DNA of 48,505 bases, taken from NCBI RefSeq assembly GCF_001194135.2, contig NC_068988.1:5182176-5230680 (forward strand). The letters are read 5' to 3'. Below the pieces are notes generated by a model. It did no database searches and was not told the origin of the DNA. It was given only the letters and a program-made list of their open reading frames with translations. Positions 34,220-48,180 of the stretch are shown in pieces. Source of the DNA: Octopus bimaculoides. Its lineage: Eukaryota. Each line of letters starts with the position of its first letter. Position 1 is the first letter of the stretch. The translations under genes and the position numbers were made by a program.

Positions 34220-34700
34220 ATGTCCATTACATCAACATCTGCCAATTGCCACAAGCAACAACATCAAAACAGACAATTAGTATTAACTTACGCTTACAAA
34301 ATATGTAACCTATAAAACAAAACACTTCCTCCCAGAAAGTACATTGTAATCCTAAAATTATAATACAAACGAAGAAGTGAACTAAACACTTTAAGGAAAA
34401 ACTATTCAACCACCGATACTCGACTCGATAACACCAACCCAAGAATTAGCAAACCAAGGACTTTAAATATATAGACTCTACAACGAACGTAGACTACTCG
34501 ACAGTTTCTCAATCTATGTCACATGACAAACATGATACCACACCAAAATCAAGCCTAATAAAAACTAGCGTGGATCTTTTAACCAACGTCCTTGAATAAT
34601 ATATAAGGGAAAAGACAAGTATAGATCAATATCTATAAAATATGTTCAATATTATAAAATAAGTCAACCGAATAGATTGCTAATTAAAAGTATAAAATAA
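34220..34700 (+). mobile_element. Possible Penelope-like GIY-YIG region, heavily decayed
   Basis: CPL, then FKEKLFNHRYS, which resembles the FKxRxxNHxxSF helix of PLE GIY-YIG domains. The GIY-YIG hairpin itself is not readable. Confidence 0.35.
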
Positions 34701-35466
34701 TTGTGAAAAGAATAATAATTTAAAATAAAAATGGAATTAGAATCAAATTAAATTTTTAATTATTTATAAAACATAATCAATAAAGGCAAGGCAAAAACTA
34801 CCTAACTAAAACAAGTAACTAATAAAATGTCCTAACAGCAGACAAACTAAATAATCCATTATTAATGAAACGGCCAACGTGTTTGTTACTTGAGAATAAC
34901 TGATGATGAAATATATGAGTGAATGAGCACGGAAGCGAAAATCAACTTAAGGAAAATTGTAGTCGAATTCTAAAGGCAGAGTTAAATGTAAAGTTTCAAT
35001 GAAACTGAAAAACATTAAAAAATAAACGTTACTCTGGATTCCCTTATACTGATCATCAGGCAGAAATGAACTCTTGAAATATTGCAAAGGTTTTTAATTC
35101 TTCTGTGAGAATCAGAAGGCAAATAAGCATTTAAAGTTTATTGAGCAGGTGATTATCACATTTTAAACTCGATGGAAACTGCCGAGTGAATCGAGCGAAC
35201 TTTGACATAAATAATGTAAATATAATAAAGCAGAACGAACGGGCGACGGAAAGCAGACATAATAAGCTCTGCTGCCAGGTAATATCAGGTGTAAACCAAT
35301 GTAGACTGAGAGGAATAAAATGAATGAGTATAGCTGTTCTAGACGATGAATGTAGACGAGAGAGTAAAAGAGAGTTTTTTCTCAGAAAAGGGAGAGAGGA
35401 AGCAGAAAAGGGAGAGTGATTAAGAAAGGTAGGGAGACGAGAAAGGTTCTAGATCATTGAAATATG

Positions 35467-35680
35467 GATTTCAAATTTTAGCACAAGGCCAGTAATTTCG
35501 GGGTAGGGATCAATCGATTACATCAACTCCAGTGCTCAACTGGTACCTATTTTATCGACCCCGAAATGATAAAATGCAAAGTTGACCTTCGCGGAATTTG
35601 AACTCAGAGCGCAGACATGGATGAAATACCGCTAAGCGTTTTGCCCAGAGTGCTAACGATTCTGCCAGCTCGCCGCCTTG
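35467..35680 (-). mobile_element. SINE family B, full length, 16-bp TSD
   Basis: TSD AGATCATTGAAATATG (35451-35466) / AGATCTTTGAAATATG (35681-35696); head AAGGCGGCGAGCTGGCAGAATCGTTAGCAC. Confidence 0.92.
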
Positions 35681-36404
35681 AGATCTTTGAAATATGAAGT
35701 AAATTTGAAACGCAATTATATTTCGATTTCTTGGTTAAAAAACAAACGCTAGAGAGAGTGATATGTATTTTAGGAGTATAAAAGAGATAAGTATATAATA
35801 ATGTGGATGTATACGAGCAGCATGGGAAAAGTGTAGAGAAGTTACATAGAGAGATCTGATGTGGTGGACGAAAAACAGTATAATTGTATATTTTTATTGG
35901 ATGTCATAAAAATAAACGAATACATAGACACAAAAACTGCTCGAAATTAACAGACAAAGCATGATTTGAACTGGTGGGAATGCACATAAGAAAATGCATA
36001 AAAACGAAGAATTCAGAAGACTCAACACGGAAACAACAATCTTAAAAAGCAATCTTTTGTAAAATTCATATGCGTGGTTTATATCATGAGCGATGGGGAA
36101 GCGATGTAAAAGTTATGTGAAAGTCATGCAAAAATTATTAATCGAAACTATTAATCGAAAATTATTAATAGAAACATATGACGGCCAAAAAGGATTGATA
36201 AAACGGAGAAAGTAGAAGAAAATTTCAAATAATATACTGAAAATAACAATTGAGGGGGAGATAGAGGGATAAAAATGAATGTTACTCATTGGTGGGAAGA
36301 GGTTTCAAAACCGAATATTTCGAAGAATATCTGCAACAGTTCAATAATTCAAACCGATTTGTCCTGAAACAAGATTAGTTTTTGCTTCAAACTTATACCG
36401 GTAT

Positions 36405-36650
36405 AATTGTACTTCGCTTCAAGATGAGAATGAACGTAGTGCTCAAATCTCTGGAAATTCCAGGTGTCGAGGTGCAACACACCAAGCAGCTCAGGGAGGC
36501 GAATTCTGGTTTCACCATAAATATAGCTCTGCTATCGCCATCATAGTAAGAGCTCCACTTGGAAAGGGTGTCAAACAAGGAGACACCATCTCTCCAAAGC
36601 TCTTCGCTGTTTGTCCAGAAATGGTCATCAGAGAGTGGGAGCAAATAACA
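36405..36650 (+). mobile_element. RTE-clade RT fragment
   Basis: MNVVLKSLEIPGVE...GKGVKQGDTISPKLFAVCPEMVIR; GVKQGDTISPKLF is an RTE-type RT motif. Confidence 0.8.
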
Positions 36651-36656
36651 TCAACT

Positions 36657-36695
<39 letters not shown>

Positions 36696-36930
36696 GTAAA
36701 AGAATAAAAGATTATATGTTCGTAGCTGCGTGTGTCTCTTAATATGCACGCGCATGGATGCGTCTGTGTTCGCTTTCCATAGAATATTTTATTATTCCTG
36801 TGGTTCGATGTTTGTGGAGCTATTTGATTCTAATGTATTTCTTGCCTAATAGTGAAAAAAAGAAACTGTTATTATTAAAAGAAATAACTATTACCACTGT
36901 TACTACTACTACTACTACTACTAGCACTGT

Positions 36931-36977
<47 letters not shown>

Positions 36978-37473
36978 ATGCCACTGCTGCCGCTGCCACT
37001 GCTGCTGCTATTGTCAGTATTAGTATTTACAATTATTGAGGCTACATTGTTTTCTTCCTCATCGCTTTAATTTTCAGTCATTTTATTATTATAATTTCTC
37101 AATTTTGCAGCTGCGTTCTCTCTGAAATAAAAAGAAACCGGTTTGTAATTTGTGTAGCCCTTTGTTTTCAATCTAACACATTGCTATTAGAGTAAAAAAA
37201 ATTTAGTTCCTTGTTTCTTTCTTTTTTTTTTTTTTCGACGACAACATTTTCTCCTCTTCTCTATGTTTTACTCTTTGCTTTTTTATTTTCATCGCCTTTT
37301 GTCTTCATATTCTCAGAATATATTTTACGCAATCAGGTCTTTCTGCCAGTCAAAAATAACTGCAGAATTATTCCCATTTCTATCGATTTGACAAATTTAG
37401 CCTATTTATCATTCTTGCATTGTTAAAGAAAGAAACAACCTGCAAGCTAACCAGGAATAACCAGTCATTCTAA

Positions 37474-37634
37474 CGCCCAGGGTGGCTGTGTGGTGAGAAG
37501 CTTGCTTCCAAACCACAAGGTTTGGGGTTTAGTCCCGTTGCGTAGCATCTTGGGCAAGTATCTTCTACTATAGCCTCGGACCGACCAAAGCCTTGTGAGT
37601 GGATTTGGTAGACGGAAACTGAAAGAAGCCCGTC

Positions 37635-37719
<85 letters not shown>

Positions 37720-37927
37720 TGCTTGTCTCCCCACAATCGCTTGACAACCGATGTTGGTGTGTTTACGTCCCCGTAACTTAGCGATTCAGCAAAAGAAAAC
37801 TATAAAATAAGTACTTAGCTTACATTGGATAAGTCTAGGGGGTCGATTTCTTCAAATATAAAAAGGAGGTGCTCCAGTATGGCCACAGTTAAAAATGACT
37901 GAAACAAGTAAAAGAATAAAAGAATAA
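37474..37927 (+). mobile_element. SINE family A, full length
   Basis: GGTGGCTGTGTGG head, TTGGGCAAGTA, internal (GT)n and an (AAAAGAAT)-type tail. Confidence 0.92.
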
Positions 37928-38548
37928 TACAAATAGCAGTAATATATTAAAGTTTCATGGAATATATTTTTCTCTGTTTGTCTGTCTTTCACTCTTTGTT
38001 TCCTTCCCTCTTTAACGCATACGTACACACAAATACATACACACACACACACTCATACACATACTAAGCAATGTTATTCGACTTAAGGGCTCGGTGAAAT
38101 GAGGCCACGAAGCGATTTTGATTCTGCTTAAATATAAAAATTCGAACCTTTCCTTCTTTAAAGCGAAGTTCAAGGAAGCAAGAGTGGTCCATATATTCCT
38201 TTCACGGTCTCCGATACCATTGAAGTACAGTGACGATACAAACATAGCTACATCATCATTCATGGACTAGTGGAGTATAAAGGTGCAGCTAATATTAAAA
38301 GCATCAGCGCCATTTTTTTCTCCCATTGCTCTACATTTAAACAAAGATTTCTATGACTATCCAAAATATAAAGGAGCCAGTAATATTATTGTCGCTCGAG
38401 TTGCCAGTGTTTAACCCAAGACATATCCTGATTAATCATACGTATGATCAAAAATTTTCTAGCTGTGACAATTTAGTGTTTTTCTATAGAAAATGCACCC
38501 CATAACACGTTATACAATATTTTATTCACTAAACTGATAGGGACACAG

Positions 38549-38587
<39 letters not shown>

Positions 38588-38595
38588 CACACATT

Positions 38596-38988
38596 CAGGT
38601 GTAGTTGTGTAGTAAGAAATTTGCTTCCCAACCACATGGTTCCGGAGTCAGTGCGACTGCGTGACTATTATAGCCACAGGCCGACCAAAGCCTTTTGAGT
38701 AAATTTGGTAAACGGAAACTGAAAGAAGCCCGTCGTATGTGTTTGTGTGTATGTACAAGAGAGAGGGAGTATTTTTGTGTCAATGTTTGTCCTCCACCAC
38801 CACTTAGCAACCGGTATGTTTCCGTTGGTGTGTTTACGTTCCTGTAACTTAGTGGTCCGGCAAAGAGACCGATAGAATACGTACCAGGCTTAAAGAAAGT
38901 GAAAAAAAATTAGTACTGAGATCGATTCGTTTGATTGAAAATTCTTCAAGGTATGGCCGCAATCTAATGAATGAAAAGATAAAAGATA
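38596..38988 (+). mobile_element. SINE family A, diverged
   Basis: Collinear with the 37474 copy, with deletions. Confidence 0.8.
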
Positions 38989-41135
38989 TATATAGAAACT
39001 AATTACCCGCTCCCTCCCAATCGCAGTTTGGCCATGGTTGGAATGAGGCTTGAACTGATGGCTTAAGCTTTCTTTAGAGCTCTTGAAATTATGTTTACCT
39101 TCCAGTCCCAAGCTGCTGCGCAACAGTAGCATTGAGCTGCTTATGAGAATATCGATAAGACTGTGTCAGGCACAAATCATTTGCATATTGGGGCAAGCTT
39201 GACGGCTGAACAAAGGCTTCAATGTGACAGCTATCAGAGAAAATTTATTATCTGTCACACTGGATACAAAGAGCAATACAGGAGATATTTTACTGTAATT
39301 AGAAAAAGAACGAATACGGATTAGTCACACTGCATTAGTTCGCTGGGTGGCGTTTCTGAGTGTACAGCTTGGTGCAATTTCAATCCAAATAGCACTAGAT
39401 AATAGAAATAAATATATTTAGCTTGTTCCTTGATCCAGTAAACACATACCATTAATCATTGCTAAAACACTGTTCAGGGAACAAAGATTAAAATATGATA
39501 CAAACGAAACTAGTTAGATAATTAACTGGAAAAATTTACATGTTCAATTAGATGGCATAACGTTTAAATGTTGGTCTTTTGTTAGCAATGTTAAAAAAGG
39601 ACACAACATAAAATATGTAAAATTAGACACAGAGAACATGACGCAGTTGTTCATTTTTATGTTATTTAAATTACAATATTAAATGTCAGTCAGGTGGTGG
39701 TAGAATTGTTTGCACTATAAAACATGCTATAGCACAAAGTAATTGAGAATGAGAAAGAGTTTATAAATAGGAGAATATTTCAGTGTTTATTACCATTTAT
39801 ACTTTTGGGTCATAATCTTGTTGAAAACGCCCTCCTACTTACCATACACCAGAAAAAGAAAATAGAAACAATCCACTATATCAACTGCAAGCTCTGTGAA
39901 GGTTATATGACCCAACTGTTAGTTAGTCTCGTTTCTGGCCATTGTTTTCAAGTTAAACTAACTAATGGTATAGAGATTCGATGAATGAGGGCTTTTACAA
40001 AACAATACTCAATTCACACTGCCCCTAGCATCAACCTGATGTTCACAGTGAGCCATTTTTTTCCTAGTATCCGTACATTATTATTTCAATTTAGATTCCA
40101 TTACCGATATTCCACTCTTTATTTTATTTCTTTATCTTTTTGTTTCATTTATCTTTTACTAATACAAAAGGTTTCCTTTTTTTATATTATTTTCAATTCG
40201 GAAGTTGTTTATATTATAAGGAAATGTACTCTCACATAATCACTAATGATCTTAACTCCTTTTGGCTAATTCTCGCTGATCATATAACAATGAAAATCAT
40301 TTAGAGTTCCAATATTCTAGCGAAATGATGCCATACTGAATATGTTTTACTTGCTTCTTCACCAACTGAACTTACAGCACAAATACATCGCTCACTGCTG
40401 TAATAAGATTGAATGAACAATGCCAGTTGCCCTGTAACAGTTTCCACTCTGCAACACACATATTTTGGTTCTTGTGGCAATGTAACATAATTCTCCTTTC
40501 TCATCACTGTCTCTCTTTTTCTTTACACTCTCTCTTTATCTCTTATTCTTATTACAACTATCTTTTCCAACCGCTTTCCTCAGCGTTCCTTTCTGACTGC
40601 GTATATTTCTTTCTTTCTCCCGCTATTTCTTTACAGTTTTAATTAACTTTATATTAAATTGAGAAAATACTGTAGCTTCTCTTTAACATAATTGTGAGCT
40701 TACAATATCGAAAGAAGATATCAAGTCTATCAATTAAAAGATGTCATTTTTAATCTCACTGCTTAGGTATCTATCAATATCCAGAACAGAAACATCAAAT
40801 CCTCTGGTGAAGATTCGGCAATTGGTGTGCAAGGAAAAATGAAAATATTTGAAAAACATGTTTATCGAATGAAAAAAACATAAGTGACGCTAAATAAGAT
40901 ACAATTAAACTGAAATCTTCCCCTTCCGTTGATGGATACAAAGTGAGCGAGTTATAACCTAAGCAAACAATTTTACCACAAGACATTGTTGTGAGTTACG
41001 CCATATTCGTATTGTCGTTTTTTAATCCAGACAACTTTTACACTCGTCGTCTAACGCCATCTCATCTTCTCTGTTTCTTTTTTAGCGCCATGTATCCACC
41101 ATCGTCCATTTTTAGGAACGGATGTGTGTATATAC

Positions 41136-41195
<60 letters not shown>

Positions 41196-41519
41196 NNNNN
41201 NNNNNNNNNNNNNNNNNNNNNNNNNNNNNNNNNNNNNNNNNNNNNNNNNNNNNNNNNNNNNNNNNNNNNNNNNNNNNNNNNNNNNNNNNNNNNNNNNNNN
41301 NNNNNNNNNNNNNNNNNNNNNNNNNNNNNNNNNNNNNNNNNNNNNNNNNNNNNNNNNNNNNNNNNNNNNNNNNNNNNNNNNNNNNNNNNNNNNNNNNNNN
41401 NNNNNNNNNNNNNNNNNNNNNNNNNNNNNNNNNNNNNNNNNNNNNNNNNNNNNNNNNNNNNNNNNNNNNNNNNNNNNNNNNNNNNNNNNNNNNNNNNNNN
41501 NNNNNNNNNNNNNNNNNNN

Positions 41520-41577
<58 letters not shown>

Positions 41578-44500
41578 GTATGTTTGTACATAAATCGCAC
41601 AGAGAGGCAGAGAAATAAATGCAACCATCAAATAGACACTAACCACGTGATATAAACTGAGGCAATTTATCAATGCACTAAGAAATTTTTGAGAGGAGGA
41701 TATAGGTCGGACCTTTTCGTGTATCATGAGTTCCTGTTTGTGAGAGTAAAGAAAAACGACAGTATCATTGCATGACTGGCCTACCCTGACGAGAGAATAA
41801 TTGAGGTTATTTTGATCACCGGAATTAAGGAATGATATCTTAATGGAGTGGTAATATAGATGCGTAGTATATTGAGACTAGCTGTAGCAATTGTTGGGTG
41901 ATACAGAAAAACAATGAATACTAAACGATGGGATCAGGAGAAAGACTTCGTCATACAACTTAGATTTAGTTTAGTTTAAGCTAATAGCTCTTGCTTAATT
42001 CCGGAAAGATAGGATAGCAACATGGCTGCAATTCCTGCTTGAAAACGTTTTACTTCACTTACAATTTTAATACCTAAATGTATTCATTTATGGCTTTGAG
42101 TCTGTAGATTAATCCTTAGCATGTATTAATATCTTCCAAAGAGATAAATTTTGTCTCACAATATTTAAATCACTGTAATGTTAAAATGTCAGAAACTCTA
42201 GCGAACCGCACGGAACTTTTTATATCTATGTTAGTGCTACTATATTAATACAGGGAGCAGTAAAAAGCTCACTGGAAATAAGTACCTGGCGAGGAAAAAA
42301 CGATATTAAACAATGTTTAATGTTTGTTTTTGTTTTGTTTTGTTTTTTCCATAGCTTCGCCTTTCTATATTATGAGTATAAATTCTGTCGGTTCTATTTT
42401 TGCTTTCATTCAACTATAATGTCCATACAAGAAGTATTGATAATATATTCAATAAGATATCAGATTTTTCTTCCCGAAACTGACATTCAAACTTTAAACC
42501 ATTTCAGTTTAATTTATATTCCTTAATTCTTGGGAAAGGCATCAGGTAATTTTGTTAGCCGTCGGGTTACAACGCTCGATCTACAGCCGCTTTGATCTGG
42601 ATTCCGAAAGATGGTATCTTTAGTCAGTTCCTACCTGGGGTGAACTTGGAATCGAAAAATGGAAACCTACAATGTCCGTATTTTTTAATTCATCTGTCTT
42701 TTTATTTGTGGTCATTTTGCATAAATTCAAGTTAGAGAATAAAACAACAGGCCAAGCAGACCGAAATTCAGATCAGCTGCTGTGATCATAACATTTAACT
42801 CTCAGCAACAAAGAGTTTACTTCATCCTAAATATCTAATTAAGATTACTCTTAGCTCTAAATATTTAATTAAGACTGTTATCATTTCCTGCTGCAATCGG
42901 AAGCGGTTGTGTAAAACTGAGGAGTGATGTTTCATTATTTTGCAATACCGAATTCAAGCAACAGGTGACCACTTCATTGTATTTTTATCTGGAATCCCTA
43001 TATTAAGTAATGAGACAAGGATTCTAAAGTTGTACATGTGGAAATAATGCCATCATTACAATCACCATAACAATATTTTTATTAAATTGTGTAATAAAAA
43101 CATTACTATTTCTGAAGTCGCAACATCTTACAATAACCGGATATTCCTTTAATAAGTAAAATATCCAGCATCAGAGAATAGATATACATACATGTATTGT
43201 AGTCAGTAGTTTTCTTTGCTGCATGTTTGTGGAATAAAATCGTAAAAGGAAGATACACGTGAAGTAGCTATTCTGATAAATAGATATGGTTAATGTTACT
43301 GATTTATCTCTCATAACTTATATTAGAATCAAATACAGCCTGTAAACTTATCTAGTTTTCTGCTAAAGGAAAGATATTTTCAATATTTATAAATCGGCTG
43401 ATACGTAAGCTAGGTTAAGTAAGTTTCCATCGAGATTATATTTAGAATAATCTAGTATCCACAAGAAGTCGTATCGGATTTTCTTTGCAGATTGTCCAGT
43501 TAGTACTAATGAATGCAGAGTCAGAAAAGTGTACATGGAAGATTATTCGAAGATCCCTAACGGATACACATAGACATATATAGCAACATTTTCAGAAACA
43601 ATAGTTTGTAAACATTAATGTAGAAGGATCAATGGCCTACCTGTGCGTTATTTCATTCTCCACTAATATAATTCACGATTTGTTCAGAAAGTGGGTGTAT
43701 TGCCACCGATTTACATCCATAAATCTTCCGACACACAACGGAAATTGTATATGCATTGTAACCACTTAAAATTGAATTTGCATTAACTTGTAAGTTATAT
43801 AAATATGAATTAGTTAAACTAGCTTAGATACACTGAGGATCCAAAGTTAGATCGCCGGACAAGGAAATTCCACGACACGGTGTTGCTTGTTGCTGGTTGA
43901 AACAATTTCACTTAGTTTATATTGCAGATGTCTTTGGAAAGAGTATCAACACTTACCTTCCCTCAAAAGTATTTATATCTAGTCAAAAAGAAATTGTTTA
44001 AAACTAGTTGTTTTGGGGTTAAAGAGAACGGGGAAAATGTATAAGATGAAGAAGGAGGTATATTATAAAAATGAATCCCCGTCATGAAGGCAACTACATT
44101 ATTTTGCACTTTATTCTGTCACCTTCTGCCAATATGGAGCTCGCCTTCTTCGTTTTCTACTCTGGTTTGTCAGCTTTCTATTCGACTGCAGCACTCTTAG
44201 AGAATACACCAATTTCTGTATCTCCCGACTATTTCTCTCGTTTCTTCAAGGACTATTCTTAGCTCATCAAACTCTACCATATCTTCTATTTTACAGCGTT
44301 GCTCATATGCACCGTTCTCTCTTGTTGATTTGTTTTATTTTGATCATAAAAGACTGTTTTCCCTTTCTCTACCTCAGTTCCGAAGACTGAACGATATATA
44401 TTTTTTTTCTGTATCTTTTAGTCTCGTCTCGACTGCATCAACATAGCAATCATAATTGATGGTTGCTGACGCTGCCAGATGTAGTAACCTCGTTTTAAGG

Positions 44501-44653
44501 CGATGATACAACAAATATCTCATTACAGACATCGGATTGGAGGGATTTTTCATTTGTTCCTTATGTTGTTTTTCTCCTGTGTTCCTAATTTCTCAAATGT
44601 GTGTGTATTTGTGTACGTGTGCATTTGTGTATGTGTATTTGCGTATGTGTGCA

Positions 44654-44684
<31 letters not shown>

Positions 44685-45376
44685 CTGTCTGTCTGTCTGT
44701 TTGTGTATGTGCGTAGTTATGTCTTACAATTTTTTTACTTTGCCCTATGTTATTGTTATATAAAGTAGAACGCTCCATATTTGCGATGGAACTTATAAGA
44801 TTATATGTAGAGTTAAACGTGCAAGTACAGTGAAGACACCATGAAATACCATGATCTCATTGTACAGATATTAATATAAATATACGTGATGAGGGGTTGG
44901 GTGGCATACAAACATATTTATCGATAGAAAGTTTTCCGAAATTATACATATCATTTATATTGTAACAGGCTAAAAATGTGTTTTCTTGTTTCTTAAAATT
45001 AATGAAACCCAACAAAGCGAAACAGAACGACCAAGACAAATATATGTAAACTTACAACATATCTCGAAGGTTAAATTTATGTGAATCAACATTCTAAAAG
45101 TTTTCTACTTCCAAAATAGACGGCAGATAACTCTATATCGTTGAGATCTCGAAATCTGCTGTTTCATACGGAAATTTATTTAAATATTTGTAAATTATAA
45201 ATTATGTTGCTTTCAGTGTATATTTCTGTTTAACTGTACGCATGTTTTAAAAACTTTTCTTCAATTATGGAGCAGATTCGTGTCATTACAGTTCACATAA
45301 CAGTAATATATACCACTGTATATACACACACACACAAACACACACATCACATCACACGTACATATATACACAAACA

Positions 45377-45413
<37 letters not shown>

Positions 45414-45767
45414 AATATGTAGGTAGGTAGGTAGGTAGGTATTACAGGATTTAATTCAATACTTAGGTCCTTCTTAATGACGTAGAGGACTTCTATCATG
45501 ATATTTCATTTACAATTATTCTCCGAGAGATGTGTCTAGGCATATGTTGTGCTTATTTTAGGTCGCTCTGTTCTCTCGCCTTTCGTTAATTTTACTAAAA
45601 ACACATTGCATCGTGCTAAATAAATACGATATTATAACATCTTTTCTTCTCATGAATGTACCTGTATCACATGAAATGTTAATGCTCATACGGATGTTTG
45701 TTTTAATTTCTATACATATTATGTTGTTTCCAGCATATTTTCGTATTCATTCTACGCATATCAGTGG

Positions 45768-45818
<51 letters not shown>

Positions 45819-46385
45819 AAGCTGAAATGTCACTCAGTACGTTTCAGTAGAAGGCCATATTTGATATTTTTACCGGGAAAATATTTGATAGAGACTCCGA
45901 AATACATATAAATTGACGACATTGAGTTCAAATCGTCTTTTGAGCACTGACCATGTAAGAACTGACCAATCGTGTCACGAATCCGTGAGACCAATTCCAT
46001 CATCACCTTCCATCTACACAAAAGGGTAGGCAAGTGTAAATCACAACTTAATGGTTTTACTAAATGTTGTTTGGTTCGTGTAAAACACTTCGACGAGGTA
46101 AATTGATGTAATGGAACGAATTGTAGAACATCGATCTGTATTTATTAAGTTGAGTGTCACACTTGGCAATTTTCTCTCGGCGTTTAGGACCAAAGAAAAC
46201 AAAACAAGGTCACAATGGTCAGGTTTCTGCTATCGATTAAATTCCGATTTAATTATATCAGGGAACGCCATTGGCTTATTATTTCAGATGTAGTTTTGCC
46301 ATACCGTTGCACACAAGTAATCTATATAGCATCTCGTTTGTGTGTGTGTGTGTGTGTCTGTGTGTGTGTGTGTGTGTCTCTGTGT

Positions 46386-46461
<76 letters not shown>

Positions 46462-47904
46462 TGGGAAAACTAGTGGAAATCGACTAATGAATGTTCCTGA
46501 CTCTACCATTTCACTTATTGATATTTGAAAGAAAGACATTTATGGATTGCAGAATGTGTTGTCCAACTTTGTCAATTCTAAAAATCTCCAATCAATATTT
46601 ATCGACCAATAAGGCTATCCTATTTCCAGTCTTCAATCATTAATACCAAGATAACACACGAATCTGTACACTATACCTTTCGCTATACTTGTCAGTCTTA
46701 ATATTTCTCCTTATGTTTTTCCCTCTCCATCTTTCCCTATCTCTACTGTAAGTTTCTTCTACGATTACTTTCTTAAATAATTGCACCTATTGATCATTAA
46801 TTTAAATTAGAGAAAAAGAGATCATTAACATGAAATTAATTTTTAAAATTAATATATACAAAATACGAACGTATCTATTTATAAACTATTTATTAAACAA
46901 ATCATCGATAAATATATGAAAGCTAAATACACTTTCTTTTTAATTTTAGAATAAAAATTGTCATGAAGACTAAATATATTCTTATAAATTACTCACAAAT
47001 TTTATACGGGGCAGTTCAATAAAATATTGAAATATACAGTGAAATATAGATGCAGAATTCATTAAATGCTTGTTGCACCTATAAACAAGAATGGTATTGC
47101 CAGATTCCTGAAATTAATCATATTATTTCAAATTGTAAAACATTTTTCCACCAACTATACAAAAATTGTCATAAATGTTTGATTACGTTAATTTCAGATA
47201 AACTCCTATTGAATGAAGCTGAGATAACAAGTATAAAATAACAGACCCTGTCAACGTCTAAAGACGTTTTGGTTAGTGGAATCAACAGGAGTTAAATTAG
47301 ACATGATTCAACCACAATTGAACATTTGAACTTGAGTAGTCGACGGTTGGCACTTGTAACAATGCATTCTTCATATTGCAAATAGAAGCGTTCGAACGTG
47401 TTTGTTTGCTTCATTGCCATTAAAGGATTAAATGATAATTACCTGTACTGTAGCACGAGCGGATCCAGTAGGCATTGCTTTATTCAGGCAATAAATCAAA
47501 AAAATACTTTTACATGTGTGTGATACGTTGAATTTGGATTAGTCAGCACTAACCGGGGAATTGTTTCAACTCAGAAAACAGAAGCTCCTCACATATGAAG
47601 CGGTGTGCGTATAACGATCGAATATATCCGCGCGAATGCATTGACATTACTTTTACCAATCCTTGGCGTAGGAAAAGCAAAAAAAGACAAAAGCCAAAAA
47701 AAAAAGATTAACTGAAATGAGAAAATGGACCAAAACTTTATTACGAATTATCCGTTCAGCAAGCACTGAATTCTGTAGAAGCTTTCAAAGTTAAATAAAT
47801 TTCCATTAAATAACAATTTAACAGGATTCTTTCAATGCCCCCCCCCAAAAAAAAAGCAGAAATAGTACACTATTCTTGCACTTCCAATGTGTTCTTCGTT
47901 ACAG

Positions 47905-47953
47905 GCCTGGAACACGACGCGTATGCAAGAATTGTGTACGACTCGTTCAAGAA
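47905..47953 (+). CDS. Candidate 49-nt internal exon of an unidentified gene
   Basis: TTCTTCGTTACAG| acceptor, |GTATGT donor, GC/CpG-richer than its flanks and open in all three frames (e.g. LEHDAYARIVYDSFK, AWNTTRMQELCTTRSR, PGTRRVCKNCVRLVQE). No protein recognised. Confidence 0.3.
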
Positions 47954-48180
47954 GTATGTATTTTGTGTGTGTATGTGTGTGTATGTGTGTGTATGTGTGT
48001 GTGCATGTGTGTGTACATATGTATACATAAACACATACATATATGTGTATGTGTGTGTTAAAATACTGAGAAAATGCTAAATGCATTATTTTTTATATGT
48101 GTATATATGTAGTTTTTAATAAACTAAATCTAAATTTTTAACACGAGGTAATTTGTTTTATTCTATGCACTGATATATAT

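Noticed and set aside
35780-36390. L1/Tx1-like relic (HWWEEVSKP)
   Set aside because: A single short motif; the rest cannot be aligned by eye.
40301-40507. 68-aa ORF with possible splice signals
   Set aside because: No recognisable protein; candidate exon frames stop quickly or are uninformative.
41786-41817. CTGACGA followed by a 7-bp hairpin (hammerhead candidate); other core heptamers at 6906, 42917, 43833 (+) and 27942, 29601, 40577 (-)
   Set aside because: No GAAA directly after helix II and no helix I or III; such hits are expected by chance.
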